Positions 8,602-19,599 are shown, counted from the stretch's first letter. The stretch is 64,000 nt of DNA from an uncultured virus (IMG/VR IMGVR_UViG_3300045999_004337) (IMGVR_UViG_3300045999_004337), one strand, 5' to 3'. Made by a program: numbers and translations. Notes: generated from the letters alone by a model not told the origin.

Positions 8602-10527
8602 TCAGTTGTTGACCAGATCCACCACCTCGCACGATCCCGCGCTGCAAGCATAGGTCTGCGTTCCTACCGTGTTGTCGCTCTTCTCGTATCCCTGTAGTTC
8701 CGACCAGTCGATTGAAGGCATCTTGGATGCGAGTTCCTCGTACTCCTCCTTGGTGATGGTCTGATATGGAGCCTGACGGTATGTCCCAAGGTCGGCAGGA
8801 AGGAACGAGATGCCGCTGATCTGGTCGAAGTTCTCGTAGACGAATGCCGCCACATCCAGCCATTCATGCTCATGGACGGTGATGGTGACGGAAGGCTTGT
8901 GTTCGCACCAGTGGGTCTGATACTGCAACCACAACTTGAGGTGGTCGATTGCCCCGATGTCGTCCCGGACAACCGATCCGACTGCCTTCATGGGGAACGA
9001 GAACACCATCGTGCTGTCTGGCTTCATGACGCAGGGTTCGCATGGGAATCCCTTGTCGATCATCAACTGACACAATGGATCCTTGCGGTCTGCCCTGACC
9101 GTGCGGATGTAGTACTCGGCATGCCTTGGGTGGATTCCCGATGCCGTGTCCGTGAGGCTGCTGACGGTCCCCGAAGGCTTCACGCATGTGATCGCGGCAG
9201 ACGGATCGATTCCTATCGCGGAAGCGATTGTCCTGTTCGTTTCGATGGCTTCCTGCCTGAGTGCGGTCAGAACCTGAGGGAGATCGTGCGATGCATCCTC
9301 TCCGCGCATCATCCTGTTGTCGTAGATTCCCGTGAGGCTGACACCAAGGAGACGCTCCTCCTCGCAGTTCTTCTTCCATGCGCTGGACAGGTATGGGAAG
9401 TGCGTCATCGAGGACTGCCATGTTCCCAGTATGGTGGCAAGGCGAACCTTGCGCTTCAGGCTCTCGACCGTGTCGTCTGATCGGATCATGACCTCGCTGA
9501 GGTTGCAGAACTCGGAGTCGCGGAGGAGGATCTCCGAACATGGATTCGTCCCAAACTCATGGTCGGGATCCCTGCGCTCTCCTAGCCTTGCCACGGTCTT
9601 CCGTGCCGCATCCCTGTTGAAGATGCCGCGTTCTCCGCTCTTGGACTGATACAGGGAAATCCATTCCTGCATGAACACGCCGATCTCGGGCTTCTCCTTG
9701 TAAGCCACCGAGTTGTTTGCCAATGCCCTCTGCGGGTTCTGGTTCCACCATGCACCCATCTTGGCATCCCTCATCCTCTCGTCGGTGAGGTTGGAGAGGG
9801 AGATCAGGGCAGAACGGCGAACGCCTCCGACCACGACGATCTCCGCGATCTTGCAGACGATGTCATGGCATTCTATGGATGTGAGTTTCCTGCCAGCCGC
9901 TCCCTTGAATGTGGCAACCGTGAAGCGGAAGAGGTCGTCAAGAGGCTTGGGACCAGATGCCCTGCCTCCGAATGTCTTGAGACGCGCTCCCGCTGGTCGG
10001 ATCTTGGAGAGATCCCACTTGGGGATCTGACCATTGATGAGCAGGGAGACCAGTTCGCGGTATGCCCTTGCCCATCCTCCCTTGGAGTCCTGAACGACGA
10101 TGGTGGTGTCGGAGTCGCTGAAATGCTCGGACACCGTTGGCAACTTCTCGACATACTGCCGTTCGACGCTGAAGCCCACTCCAGTCCCGCACATGAGGAC
10201 ATAGAGGATCTCGTCGAATGCCCTGAGTCGGCTGATGGTCGTGTAGGCGCAGTTGTATCCCGCGACATTGTCGCGCTTGAGAGCCTCTCCAGCGGTCATC
10301 AGGCATCGCATGGAAGGCATGATCTCCAGGTTGAGGACTGCATCCTTGAGTTCCTGCCTCAGGGCAGGATCGACACTATGACCGTGCTTCTCCTTGAGGT
10401 GGGTGTCGAAGAAGGAGAAGTACCGTTCCACCGTCTCCTCCCATGTCTCCCGTCTCTTCTTGTCCTCAAGCCAGCGGCTGTATCGGCTGATGTAGATGAA
10501 GTGCTGGTAAGGTGTCGGTAGGCTCAT
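8602..10527 (-). CDS. nrdJ: Class II (B12-dependent) ribonucleotide reductase
   Basis: YNC, GVRRSA, TNPCSE, CNL, CVKPSGT; C-terminal ACSAGSC. Confidence 0.95.
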   Translation of the reverse strand: MSLPTPYQHFIYISRYSRWLEDKKRRETWEETVERYFSFFDTHLKEKHGHSVDPALRQELKDAVLNLEIMPSMRCLMTAGEALKRDNVAGYNCAYTTISRLRAFDEILYVLMCGTGVGFSVERQYVEKLPTVSEHFSDSDTTIVVQDSKGGWARAYRELVSLLINGQIPKWDLSKIRPAGARLKTFGGRASGPKPLDDLFRFTVATFKGAAGRKLTSIECHDIVCKIAEIVVVGGVRRSALISLSNLTDERMRDAKMGAWWNQNPQRALANNSVAYKEKPEIGVFMQEWISLYQSKSGERGIFNRDAARKTVARLGERRDPDHEFGTNPCSEILLRDSEFCNLSEVMIRSDDTVESLKRKVRLATILGTWQSSMTHFPYLSSAWKKNCEEERLLGVSLTGIYDNRMMRGEDASHDLPQVLTALRQEAIETNRTIASAIGIDPSAAITCVKPSGTVSSLTDTASGIHPRHAEYYIRTVRADRKDPLCQLMIDKGFPCEPCVMKPDSTMVFSFPMKAVGSVVRDDIGAIDHLKLWLQYQTHWCEHKPSVTITVHEHEWLDVAAFVYENFDQISGISFLPADLGTYRQAPYQTITKEEYEELASKMPSIDWSELQGYEKSDNTVGTQTYACSAGSCEVVDLVNN

Positions 10528-10585
10528 ATGCAGTTGTACTCCTTGGTCATGCCTGTGATGTCGGTTGTGATGTCGTGACGGTGAT

Positions 10586-10613
10586 ATCGTAGCCGGTCTT
10601 TCACCGGATGCAA
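10586..10613 (-). promoter_or_regulatory. Sigma70-type promoter of nrdJ
   Basis: TTGCAT-16 bp-TACGAT. Confidence 0.6.
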
Positions 10614-10638
10614 CGGGTCGTCAAAAGAATGGTTGTTT

Positions 10639-10818
10639 TCAGGGAGAGGACTGCGACATTGCCTGTCGGATCTTCTCTATGCTGTCCTGCGTGGTGGATA
10701 TCTCTAGGTCAAGGTTGATCATCTTTTCCAGGTCTCCAGCATTGTAGGCAAGATTCCTAGTGTGGTACAGCGCATCAACCTTGTTCTGCATTATCCGTAT
10801 GATCTCTTCGAGTTTCAT
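10639..10818 (-). CDS. Small helical hypothetical protein
   Basis: MKLEEIIRIMQN...; follows the fibre gene; start revised. Confidence 0.7.
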   Translation of the reverse strand: MKLEEIIRIMQNKVDALYHTRNLAYNAGDLEKMINLDLEISTTQDSIEKIRQAMSQSSP

Positions 10819-10829
10819 GGGTCTTCCGA

Positions 10830-13800
10830 TCAGTAGAACACGAGTTGCCTGAATACCTCGACATTGGCAGCCGCTCCCTTCCTGACCAGCCACAGGTACT
10901 TCAGACCATCCTGGGTCTTGAATACCTCCATGAAGTTGCCGAGCGCGGCAGTTGGAACCAGGTAGGGGACGACTCCCGCTCCGTGAACGAGCAGGGTGTT
11001 GCAGTCGAGGTAGTAGCACCTGTTGGTTGCATCCTTGGTGAAGTACAGCCTGTCGTACTGATCATAGGCATACATCGATCCCGTGGTCAGGGTTTCTGTC
11101 TGAGGTGATGTGTAGAGAACGGCAATCTTATCCGTGGTCAGGTCTATCCGCGTGAAGACCTGAGATCCTCCTCCGAGCACACGAATGACATTCCGTCCGG
11201 CGTTTGTGTCGATTGAGGAGTCGCTGATCCATTGAAGTGATGATCCCGCGCCTGGAACCAAGCCTGGCACGATGACATAGGAGGATGATCCCGATGCACC
11301 AGCAGTAGCCGTAGCGAAAGTCAATGTACCTGTGCTTGCAGTCACGGATGTGATGAGGTAGTCGCTGTTGGCAGCGGTGGATGACAGGATCCTCAGCCTT
11401 CTGGCGACCACTGGAAGGTTTCCAGTTGCTCCGATGTTCCATGGTCCCCATGCAGAGAAGGTGATGCCGCCAGAGACGGTTCCCACGGTCGGAGTATCAA
11501 GGTTGATCAAGGTCGAACCCGCACCGCTGACCACTTTGGTTCCCGAGGTGATTCCCGTGCCGAACGCATACCATCCGTTGTGGATGTAGGAACCCAGCGC
11601 GTTCAGGGTGATCGTTGTGGATCCCGTGGTTCCAGACCCCGTGTTGTTTCCCCAGAACGAGTTTGTATCTACGAGAGTCGTGACGGATTGGACTCCAACG
11701 GCTACTCCCGAAAGATAGATGTTCTGATCCCTGAACTGGGTTGCAATGGGTTCCCTTCTTGCAAGGACATACTTGGAGATTCCCGCATTGGCAGCACCTA
11801 CGGCAGCAATCGGAGCGTAGATAGCCGTGGTTCCTGCCACCAACTGCATGGCATTGGAAGCATGGTTTGTAGTGGCGGTGCTCACGGCAGGAGCAGCCTG
11901 ATTTCCGTAGAACATCACTACGCCGGTGGTCGGTGGATTGAACTGAATGGATGTCGGTGTTCCCGTCAAGGCATTGGTGAGCGACAAGGTCAAACCACCT
12001 GCGCCAGACACCACACGGGTAGCATTGGCAACGCCTGTTCCCGACACCCACCAGCCATTGACATAGGTCGGGGAGTTCGCGGTGAGCGTCAGCGTCAATC
12101 CCGTTCCCGATGCATAGGTGAAGCCTGTGGCGGGAAGCGGGTTGTTGACCGGATTGGACAGGGTGACACCGCCCGACACCGTACCCGCGTTCTGTATGGA
12201 CACGGCTGCGGTGAGACCGTTTTCGCCACCCGTGAGGATCGCACCGATTCCGATGTTCGTTCCCGTGGTCAGCCATCCCTTGGCGAACAACGGAACCGTC
12301 GTAGCCGAGGAGAAGGTGAATCCGTTCGCGCTGCCAACGGCAGTGGAAAGTGCTGTCTGCACGGGGAACTTGGTGAACTGAATGATGCCGCTAGGGGTTC
12401 CCACGCCCGCTGCGCTCAGGGTGAGCGTGAAGCCACCCGCACCGCTTGCGACCTGCGCTCCACCCGTGACATTAGTTCCGGTGACATACCACCCGTTGAT
12501 GTTGCTGGGCTGCGCCCTTGCGAAGGTTATGGTGGTGGTCGATCCACCCGTGGCTGTGTCTCCGTGATACTTGGATGCATCGACGAGGTTCGATGTGCTG
12601 AGTGCCACGCCGTTGGACAGCGTGTATGTGCCTGTTCCCGCTGCATTCGGCGTGTAGGTGAACGAAGTCGTGGACGGAACCGTGGCGATCTGCACCTTTC
12701 CAGTGACATTGAAGGCATTGTTGAGGTTCGTCACTCCACGGATGCTGACCCGTTGACCGACCTTGAGTCCATGTGGAATAGCGGTTGTGGCAGTGATGGT
12801 CGTGGTTCCCGCAAGACCGGTTATGGCAATCGGCTTCTGTTCGTAGATCTCATGGCTTGCCGTAGATCCACCGTCAGTCGGGATGGCACATGCCACCTGT
12901 AGGATTCCTTCATCAAGGATTCTTCCATGCGACAGGAGATCCACATCGTTCATCCTGTATATGAATGGCTGCGAATTTCCTCCAACCGATATGAGGACAT
13001 CGTGTGGATATGCCTGAATGATATAGATGGACGAAGAGTCGGGCTGAACATTCCAAGGATCGACGACGACGATGCTGTCGTAGCCGTTGGACTGAATCTG
13101 CCTCAACTGACCCGCACCTGTTCCGCTGAGGATTCTGATGGCATAGTTTGTCCATCGGTTGACAGCCCAGTTCTTGGTGCTGTCGAAGACTATCCTTCCG
13201 CTGGTGGAGGAGACCATTCCTCCATCATATCCCAATATGTCGTACCTGGATGTGCTGTCCGGAGCAACAGAAATAGGAGAGGCGAATGTGAGCGTGTTGG
13301 ATGTGTTGGACAGGATTCTTGCGATCTGCCCTCTTCCCGTGCCAGTCCAGATGTAGGCATAGTGGACGGAATCGCTTGCCCATTCGTTGCTTGCCCATGA
13401 GGCATTGCTGTCCGTGATGCTGCCTGTGGTTCCGGCTGTGACCGTACCAGAGTACCAGAGGCTTGAGTTCTCCGTTAGACGCTCGATTGACAGATCCGTT
13501 GGAGTGACAGGAACCATCGTGTTCTGCACAGCCTTGGCATACCACATGTCGGAGAGGACGCAGTAGTACTGCATGGCAACTCCTCCGTTGGCTGTGGTCG
13601 TGGTGGATGCAAGAACGATTCCACCAGACTGTATCATGAACACGGATGTGTCGTCAGGCTGAACATCCCAAGCGGTATCGACCGTAAGCACGGACGACTC
13701 TATGGAGTAGTCGGATGCAACCGCTGGGTTGGTGACGAATCCCAATGCAGTACCAGATCCCAACGGCATTGCCCAAGGATTGATGGCGTACATGTTGGCA

Positions 13801-14450
13801 TCTGCTACTGCTATGGTGTTCTGGCTGTTGTAGAGGATCTTCCTCATCTGACCGACGCCGGTTCCAGTGGTGATCCGAACCACATACCCAGCCCAATTGT
13901 TTAGTTGCGAGTAAGATCCCGTGCCAGCGGCGATTCCCCAGTTCTTGTTCGCATCGGTCAAGATGCACGATGTGGTGTTAGCCGTTATTGCCGTGACGGT
14001 TCCTATATCGGCAGAAACTGGTTCGGAAACCGAGCGCACGATTCTCGTCTGACCAGCACCCTTGCCGGAGGTGATCCTTACCCTGAACCCCACCGCAGAG
14101 CCAGAGAACGGAAGACCTGCCTGTATGGTGTTGGAAGTCGCGGAGATCACCTTGCCGTAGTAGCCAAGACCACCCGCAAACCTCATGCTGGTTCCGGTCG
14201 CCGCTGCGGCTGTATGCACCGGCGAAGCCAGTTGCATGTATGAGTCGGCAACGGTGTCGTATCTCCAGAAGTTTGCAGTGGCTTGGGTTAGAAGCAGATA
14301 GACGAACTTACCAGAGTAAGCATTGAAGTCGGTGTTGTCGGCAACACAAGAAGAAGACAGTCCCGAGACTGCGCCAGTTGGAAGTGGGCGAGTCCACTCC
14401 CAGACTGGAAGATCCACCTGCTTGGTCAGTTTGTTCGATGATAGGCTCAT
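10830..14450 (-). CDS. Large tail-fibre/appendage-like protein (1206 aa)
   Basis: Repeats of D..K.W..N.W..Y.VRI..GTG.GQ.R.I.SN and NGWYV.GT.I..GA.V.SG; Thr/Gly-rich. Confidence 0.75.
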   Translation of the reverse strand: MSLSSNKLTKQVDLPVWEWTRPLPTGAVSGLSSSCVADNTDFNAYSGKFVYLLLTQATANFWRYDTVADSYMQLASPVHTAAAATGTSMRFAGGLGYYGKVISATSNTIQAGLPFSGSAVGFRVRITSGKGAGQTRIVRSVSEPVSADIGTVTAITANTTSCILTDANKNWGIAAGTGSYSQLNNWAGYVVRITTGTGVGQMRKILYNSQNTIAVADANMYAINPWAMPLGSGTALGFVTNPAVASDYSIESSVLTVDTAWDVQPDDTSVFMIQSGGIVLASTTTTANGGVAMQYYCVLSDMWYAKAVQNTMVPVTPTDLSIERLTENSSLWYSGTVTAGTTGSITDSNASWASNEWASDSVHYAYIWTGTGRGQIARILSNTSNTLTFASPISVAPDSTSRYDILGYDGGMVSSTSGRIVFDSTKNWAVNRWTNYAIRILSGTGAGQLRQIQSNGYDSIVVVDPWNVQPDSSSIYIIQAYPHDVLISVGGNSQPFIYRMNDVDLLSHGRILDEGILQVACAIPTDGGSTASHEIYEQKPIAITGLAGTTTITATTAIPHGLKVGQRVSIRGVTNLNNAFNVTGKVQIATVPSTTSFTYTPNAAGTGTYTLSNGVALSTSNLVDASKYHGDTATGGSTTTITFARAQPSNINGWYVTGTNVTGGAQVASGAGGFTLTLSAAGVGTPSGIIQFTKFPVQTALSTAVGSANGFTFSSATTVPLFAKGWLTTGTNIGIGAILTGGENGLTAAVSIQNAGTVSGGVTLSNPVNNPLPATGFTYASGTGLTLTLTANSPTYVNGWWVSGTGVANATRVVSGAGGLTLSLTNALTGTPTSIQFNPPTTGVVMFYGNQAAPAVSTATTNHASNAMQLVAGTTAIYAPIAAVGAANAGISKYVLARREPIATQFRDQNIYLSGVAVGVQSVTTLVDTNSFWGNNTGSGTTGSTTITLNALGSYIHNGWYAFGTGITSGTKVVSGAGSTLINLDTPTVGTVSGGITFSAWGPWNIGATGNLPVVARRLRILSSTAANSDYLITSVTASTGTLTFATATAGASGSSSYVIVPGLVPGAGSSLQWISDSSIDTNAGRNVIRVLGGGSQVFTRIDLTTDKIAVLYTSPQTETLTTGSMYAYDQYDRLYFTKDATNRCYYLDCNTLLVHGAGVVPYLVPTAALGNFMEVFKTQDGLKYLWLVRKGAAANVEVFRQLVFY

Positions 14451-14472
14451 TCTTTCTCCCTAGATCCTGTGT

Positions 14473-15081
14473 TCATGCAAATGTGAGTTGTGATCGAATG
14501 CCGGTGTTGTACGCTTGTCTAGCCCAGTCCGAATAGAGTCGTTGGTCGTATCCCGCCAGCGTCGTCAGGTTGGTGACCGCGCGCACGTCCTGTCCGGCTG
14601 CTATGCTTACGGTGGCAAGGAGGTTTGCTGCCGAAGTCTGAGACACGGGAATGGCGTTGGCATTGACTAGACCATTGGTCACCGCATCCAGCGTGATCCT
14701 CTGCCTCTGAGCGGGATCGCATGCTGCCTGTGACTCCATCAACTTGACGATGCGCCTGAGCAAGATGATCTGATCGTCCGTCGAGGTGGTCTTGGTGTCG
14801 AATGAGCCTGAATTGACATCCAGAAAGATCTGTAGGACATCGGATGAAGCCATTCCCGCACCAGCCGTGTCGTATGTCAGGGTGAGGACATTGTTGGAGA
14901 AGGACTGCTCTCCCTTGTTGACATCCGCAAAGTTGTAGATGATGATGTTCCTGCTGACATTGGTTATCAGCAGGATGTTGTCCAAGGTGATGTTCTCTGC
15001 AAGACCCCTGAATTCAATCGTTTTTGCCGTTGGATTGAAGGTGTAGGATCCGGCGATGTCTGTTCCCAAAAGTCGTTTCAT
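14473..15081 (-). CDS. Putative virion protein
   Basis: YTFNP.AKTI, ILLITNV..NIIIYNFAD motif seen in T4-like structural proteins; ATAGATA at 15091-15097. Confidence 0.7.
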   Translation of the reverse strand: MKRLLGTDIAGSYTFNPTAKTIEFRGLAENITLDNILLITNVSRNIIIYNFADVNKGEQSFSNNVLTLTYDTAGAGMASSDVLQIFLDVNSGSFDTKTTSTDDQIILLRRIVKLMESQAACDPAQRQRITLDAVTNGLVNANAIPVSQTSAANLLATVSIAAGQDVRAVTNLTTLAGYDQRLYSDWARQAYNTGIRSQLTFA

Positions 15082-15093
15082 AGGTACTCCTAT

Positions 15094-15948
15094 CTATAAC
15101 GCGATAGCCATTGCAATAACGAATCCTTCATCGACTCCACCCGCTGGTCCAGTTGGACCTGTGGGACCAGTGGCTCCACCACCACCACCCCCACCAGACG
15201 AGGAGATGGTGAATGTCTGACCGCTTTGGGTGATGGTGACATTGGATCCCGCACTGATTCCTATAGGACCAGTAAGTCCGTTGAAGGACAAGACAAAATT
15301 AGTGGGAAGCGGACCTGTGGCTCCTGTTGCACCTGTGGCTCCTGTTTCCCCTGTCGGTCCTGTTGCACCAGTTGCACCAGTTGCGCCAGTTGCCCCTGTC
15401 GGTCCTGTTGCCCCTGTCGGTCCTGTTGCCCCTGTCGGTCCTGTTGCACCTGTGGCTCCTGTCGGTCCTGTTGCACCAGTTGCGCCAGTTGCGCCACCGC
15501 CACCGCCACCAACTATGCCAGTCACCCCTATGGTGAATGTCTGACCGCTTTGGGTGATGCTGATGTTGGTTCCAGCAGTTAGCCCAATAGCACCCGTGAT
15601 GCCATTGAAGGACAAGACGAAGTTCGTGGGAAGCGGACCTGTGGCTCCTGTTGCACCAGTTGCCCCTGTCGGTCCTGTTGCCCCTGTCGGTCCTGTTGCC
15701 CCTGTCGGTCCTGTTGCACCTGTGGCTCCTGTTGTACCAGTAGCACCTGTCGGTCCTGTTGCTCCCGTAGCACCAGCGGGACCAGTTGCACCCGTGGCTC
15801 CCGTTGCACCTGTGGCTCCCGTTGCACCTGTGGCAACCGCAAGAGCATTCGATGTGACATTCCACGCGGTTCCATCCCAGATCCAAGAACTGGATCCGCT
15901 TGTGAATACCTGACCTACGAATGGTGAGTTTGGGAAGTCTAGTGGCAT
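15094..15948 (-). CDS. Collagen-like fibre protein
   Basis: (GAT/GPT)n triplets; [13 protein letters not shown]-terminus; AMAIAL C-terminus. Confidence 0.9.
   Translation of the reverse strand: MPLDFPNSPFVGQVFTSGSSSWIWDGTAWNVTSNALAVATGATGATGATGATGATGPAGATGATGPTGATGTTGATGATGPTGATGPTGATGPTGATGATGATGPLPTNFVLSFNGITGAIGLTAGTNISITQSGQTFTIGVTGIVGGGGGGATGATGATGPTGATGATGPTGATGPTGATGPTGATGATGATGATGPTGETGATGATGATGPLPTNFVLSFNGLTGPIGISAGSNVTITQSGQTFTISSSGGGGGGGATGPTGPTGPAGGVDEGFVIAMAIAL
15205..15840 (-). repeat. Collagen 9/18-bp repeats within a two-block duplication
   Basis: cctgtcggtcctgttgcc arrays; [29 protein letters not shown] occurs twice. Confidence 0.9.
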
Positions 15949-15951
15949 GGC

Positions 15952-16542
15952 TTATTTCTCTGATACGCCCAGTATCTCGTTTGCCCTCTGCTGCGCGAGG
16001 AGTCCGACCGAGACGAGGTAGTTCATTCCTGCAACAGTGTTGGGGTCGTTGGAGATGACCTGCTGTGCGGCTGTAGCCAGTTGCTGAAAGTCAGCGACCA
16101 GTGGATCGGTCATCGCGGCAGCACGGAAAGCAGCCCTCTCCTGCGGGGTGAACCGCAACAGGAACTCGTAGGAGGTGTATCTGACGGGAGCAGGAGGTGC
16201 TTCCACGGCATAGTTCCACGATATGGACGATATCTCATCACAGGCTGCTACACGGGTGGATTCCTGACCGTTCCATTGGACTGCTAGGACTCTATCCTCA
16301 AGCGAGTGGGCATACAGCCGTATGCTCTCTATCCCGTTTCGGATCTCCCTCTCCTCTTCGGCGGTGAGGATTCCCATGGACAGGTTCCTCTGCTTGAACT
16401 CAGGATAGCGGGAGAGAATCTCCTCCTTGGCGGCTTGCTTGATTGAAGCCAGTGTGAACTCCTTGAGATGAGAAAACACCCTGTTGTCTTCGGAAAAGAC
16501 ATTTCCATTTTCGTCGCAAATGAGGACTTTGCTGATCGTCAT
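15952..16542 (-). CDS. Hypothetical protein (possible fibre assembly protein)
   Basis: ATGA-coupled to the upstream gene; FLLRFT..ER...GLL...RANEIL C-terminal motif. Confidence 0.65.
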   Translation of the reverse strand: MTISKVLICDENGNVFSEDNRVFSHLKEFTLASIKQAAKEEILSRYPEFKQRNLSMGILTAEEEREIRNGIESIRLYAHSLEDRVLAVQWNGQESTRVAACDEISSISWNYAVEAPPAPVRYTSYEFLLRFTPQERAAFRAAAMTDPLVADFQQLATAAQQVISNDPNTVAGMNYLVSVGLLAQQRANEILGVSEK

Positions 16543-17816
16543 TGCTGTATCGCCACTCCCACCCAAGGTGACCTGGAAGATGAATGCATCTCAGAAGTTC
16601 CAAATCCAACCGCTGGCGATGCCGACACGGTGGCACTATGGGCAAGTGCTGCGGTGAATCCGTGCTCCAGAGTATTGCCCAGCGTCATGGACGAGAACGT
16701 GTATCTTAGGTGACTCAGGTTGTTGTTGCTGAAGAATCTGTTTTGATAGTCTTCCCAGACAGCGGCACTGTTTGTTATGACGGACCAGGAATACGTCAGA
16801 CCGACCTTTGGGGTCATGTCCATTATGAACCCGATCCAGTATGTTCCGGGATTGATCCTAACGCTGGGCACTGCTTCAAATCTTTGAAAATCGGTAGATG
16901 TGAGGTTGAGCGAAGAACTCTCGTAGATCTTTCTGAAAGGAAGACCTGAGTTTAGGTTGGTTCCGTAGACGACAAACTTGAGAGCACCAGTATGACCAGA
17001 AGTAGAGGCGGCTCCACCCTGCATGGTTACTATTCGCGAAATGGTTGCCCCGCTACCGAAGAAGAATGGATGCAGGAACATACGATATCCGCCGGTGGTT
17101 CCCAAATTCACCGTATTCGATGTTCCTGTGGCTACTGTTCCATGTGGATTGATGATGATGTTCTGCGTAATCCCACCAACCCAGTCGGTTATCTTTGGAC
17201 CGTAGTTTGACGGAAGATATGCCGTGTTTTGCGTAGATCCATCTGCGAATCCCACCACACCGTTGAATGTAGCACCACCAGAGACGAACAGGTCGGATGC
17301 GGTGATGCCAGCATTCATGACCTGTCTGACGCTGAAGGTGTTTCCTTGGTTGGTTCTTGCCACGTTCGTGACAGAACCGGTTTCCCCATTCACACTAGAC
17401 ACGAAGTTCACGAACGAAACTACACCAGTCGCTCCATTGAACGATTGAACGAAGTTGGTGGGAAGTGGACCCGTGGCTCCAGTGGCTCCAACAACAGAAT
17501 CCACCATCGGCTGAATCCATTGGTCACTGGTTCCATCGGATACCCAGACATATTCCTTGCCCGTGTCTGCGTCGATCCATCTGTATCCCACGGTCGGGGA
17601 AACGGGTGGAGTCGATGAATAGGTGAATCCACCCACACCGCTTCCACCACCGCCGCCGGTTCCACCGCTGACGATTGGAATGGCATTTCCTGCCGTTCCT
17701 CCGACGAAGAGGATGGCATCGGCAATGTTGACAGCCAGTTCTCCCGTGGTCAGTCCTGGTGGGACAACACCTGCGGTGATGCCGTATTTCGTCTTGATGA
17801 TCTGATAGTCAGTCAT
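16539..17816 (-). CDS. Tail-fibre-like protein
   Basis: L..GELA.N.AD..LF.G N-terminus; G.RW.D.DTG.EY motif; VSSVNG.TG repeats. Confidence 0.75.
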   Translation of the reverse strand: MTDYQIIKTKYGITAGVVPPGLTTGELAVNIADAILFVGGTAGNAIPIVSGGTGGGGGSGVGGFTYSSTPPVSPTVGYRWIDADTGKEYVWVSDGTSDQWIQPMVDSVVGATGATGPLPTNFVQSFNGATGVVSFVNFVSSVNGETGSVTNVARTNQGNTFSVRQVMNAGITASDLFVSGGATFNGVVGFADGSTQNTAYLPSNYGPKITDWVGGITQNIIINPHGTVATGTSNTVNLGTTGGYRMFLHPFFFGSGATISRIVTMQGGAASTSGHTGALKFVVYGTNLNSGLPFRKIYESSSLNLTSTDFQRFEAVPSVRINPGTYWIGFIMDMTPKVGLTYSWSVITNSAAVWEDYQNRFFSNNNLSHLRYTFSSMTLGNTLEHGFTAALAHSATVSASPAVGFGTSEMHSSSRSPWVGVAIQQ

Positions 17817-17836
17817 GGTGCAATGTATCTAGTTGA

Positions 17837-19585
17837 CTAGAAGACCCCTCCATGTATCACGGACAAGCCCGATATCGTCAGGGTGTTTCCGCTCTGCGTT
17901 ATCTCTATGAACTGCCCTGCGGTGATTCCAATCGCTCCGCTCAGTCCGTTGATGGAATCGACATATCCACCCGTGATCCTGGTGATGGGAGCAGCAACCA
18001 TCTTCATGAACTCGACGGTGATGCTTGTGGTCGCATCCTTGTTCTGCGCGATCATGAACAGACGGTCGTCCTTGTTCAGGTCAATGACGGTCTGTATGGT
18101 TGCCGCTATGGGCTGCGCGGATGGATTGGAGGAGTTGGCATAGACCTCCGACTCGGAGATCCTGTCTCCATTCGCGCTGAGACCGCTGGAGATGTCGCGG
18201 TTGCAGCCGATGTAGAATCCACATGTATTCTGATTTCCCTCGTAGAAGTTGAAGGAGACCACGACATGGAATCGTCCACCCTCACCGATGTACTTCAGCG
18301 AGTTGGTTCCCGCGTCCTTGGTGAAGCCATGGAGCATTCCCGTCTGATAGGTTCCCTCCACCACCGACCTTCCGTTGATGACTCCGATGGGAGTGGCAGC
18401 GGTGTTTCCCTTGAGGTACAACACGCCGACATCGGCAGTCACACCACCACCTCCCGCGCCCCCAGCGGCAACGAGACCCGAAAGGTCTACGATGACACCA
18501 CCACCCGCCTGTTTGACGGAAATGCCGTTGCCACGGAAGTCTATGTCGTTGATCGTGGAGCGGACATAGTTGCCGTTCCACTTGACTCCCACGCCACCAC
18601 CCGATGCGGCAAGCCAGTCGAACTTGGATAGGTCTAGGTTTGGGTTGGAGAGCGGCGTGAAGACCTTCTGAAGACGCTCAAGAAGGTTCTTGCTGTCCAG
18701 GCTGATGACATTGTCTTCGCTCAGGATGAGCGGATACTGAGCGGAGACGATGGCGGAATCTCCCTTGTCACCCTTGTCGCCCTTCGCTCCCCTCTGTCCA
18801 GGCTCACCCTGCTCACCTTGGATGCCCTGAGCACCAATCGGTCCCATGTAGCCGCGTTCGCCTTGGTCGCCCTTTGGTCCCTGTATTCCCTGCGGACCCC
18901 GTTCTCCACGAAGACCCTTGATGCCGCGTTCGCCCTGGTCTCCCTTGTCTCCCTTGTCGCCCTTCTCTCCCTTTGGACCTCTCGATCCTACCTCTCCGAG
19001 ATCACCCTTCTCGCCACGGTCTCCCTTGTCTCCCTTTGGACCGTAGGGACCGCGCTCTCCAGGGTCTCCCTTCTCTCCTCTTGGACCTGGAGGACCGCCG
19101 AAGTCGCCCTTCTCTCCCTGATCTCCCTTGTCTCCCTTTGGACCAACGGGACCACGCTCACCCTGATACCCGATTGGACCACGGTCTCCCTTGTCTCCCT
19201 TGTCGCCTCTCTCTCCCTTGACGGAGATGACGGTGAAGGGCTGGTTGGGGTTCGGGGCAGCAGCCTCCGTCAGGGGCTGCTTGGGTTCGGATGGCTTGGG
19301 CTTGGGTTCTGGAGCCTTCTCCACCAACGAGAACATCGTGTCGATCTTCAGGGGGTCACCCGTGATGACGACATGTCCGTGTTCTTCGTTGAAGAGGCAG
19401 ATGCGGTGGTTTCCCTCTCCCCTGCGATACAGGAGGGGGTAGACGGCTTCGGATTCGTCCACCCTGAGGAACTTGGTTCCCCTGGGGATGTCCTTGATGG
19501 TGGTTACAAGTGAATAGGTGTCACCTTTTCGCGAACGAGAAAGGGATCCGTCTCCAATGAAACGAGAAAAGTTGTGACCAGACAT
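17837..19585 (-). CDS. Collagen triple-helix protein
   Basis: Long G-X-Y run (GDKGDK, GERGPQ); SGGGVG motif. Confidence 0.9.
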   Translation of the reverse strand: MSGHNFSRFIGDGSLSRSRKGDTYSLVTTIKDIPRGTKFLRVDESEAVYPLLYRRGEGNHRICLFNEEHGHVVITGDPLKIDTMFSLVEKAPEPKPKPSEPKQPLTEAAAPNPNQPFTVISVKGERGDKGDKGDRGPIGYQGERGPVGPKGDKGDQGEKGDFGGPPGPRGEKGDPGERGPYGPKGDKGDRGEKGDLGEVGSRGPKGEKGDKGDKGDQGERGIKGLRGERGPQGIQGPKGDQGERGYMGPIGAQGIQGEQGEPGQRGAKGDKGDKGDSAIVSAQYPLILSEDNVISLDSKNLLERLQKVFTPLSNPNLDLSKFDWLAASGGGVGVKWNGNYVRSTINDIDFRGNGISVKQAGGGVIVDLSGLVAAGGAGGGGVTADVGVLYLKGNTAATPIGVINGRSVVEGTYQTGMLHGFTKDAGTNSLKYIGEGGRFHVVVSFNFYEGNQNTCGFYIGCNRDISSGLSANGDRISESEVYANSSNPSAQPIAATIQTVIDLNKDDRLFMIAQNKDATTSITVEFMKMVAAPITRITGGYVDSINGLSGAIGITAGQFIEITQSGNTLTISGLSVIHGGVF

Positions 19586-19599
19586 CCCTCTATCTATGT

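Noticed and set aside
15205..15840. CRISPR-like array
   Set aside because: The repeats are in-frame collagen codons with no unique spacers. The same applies to 160-400 and 56990-57133.
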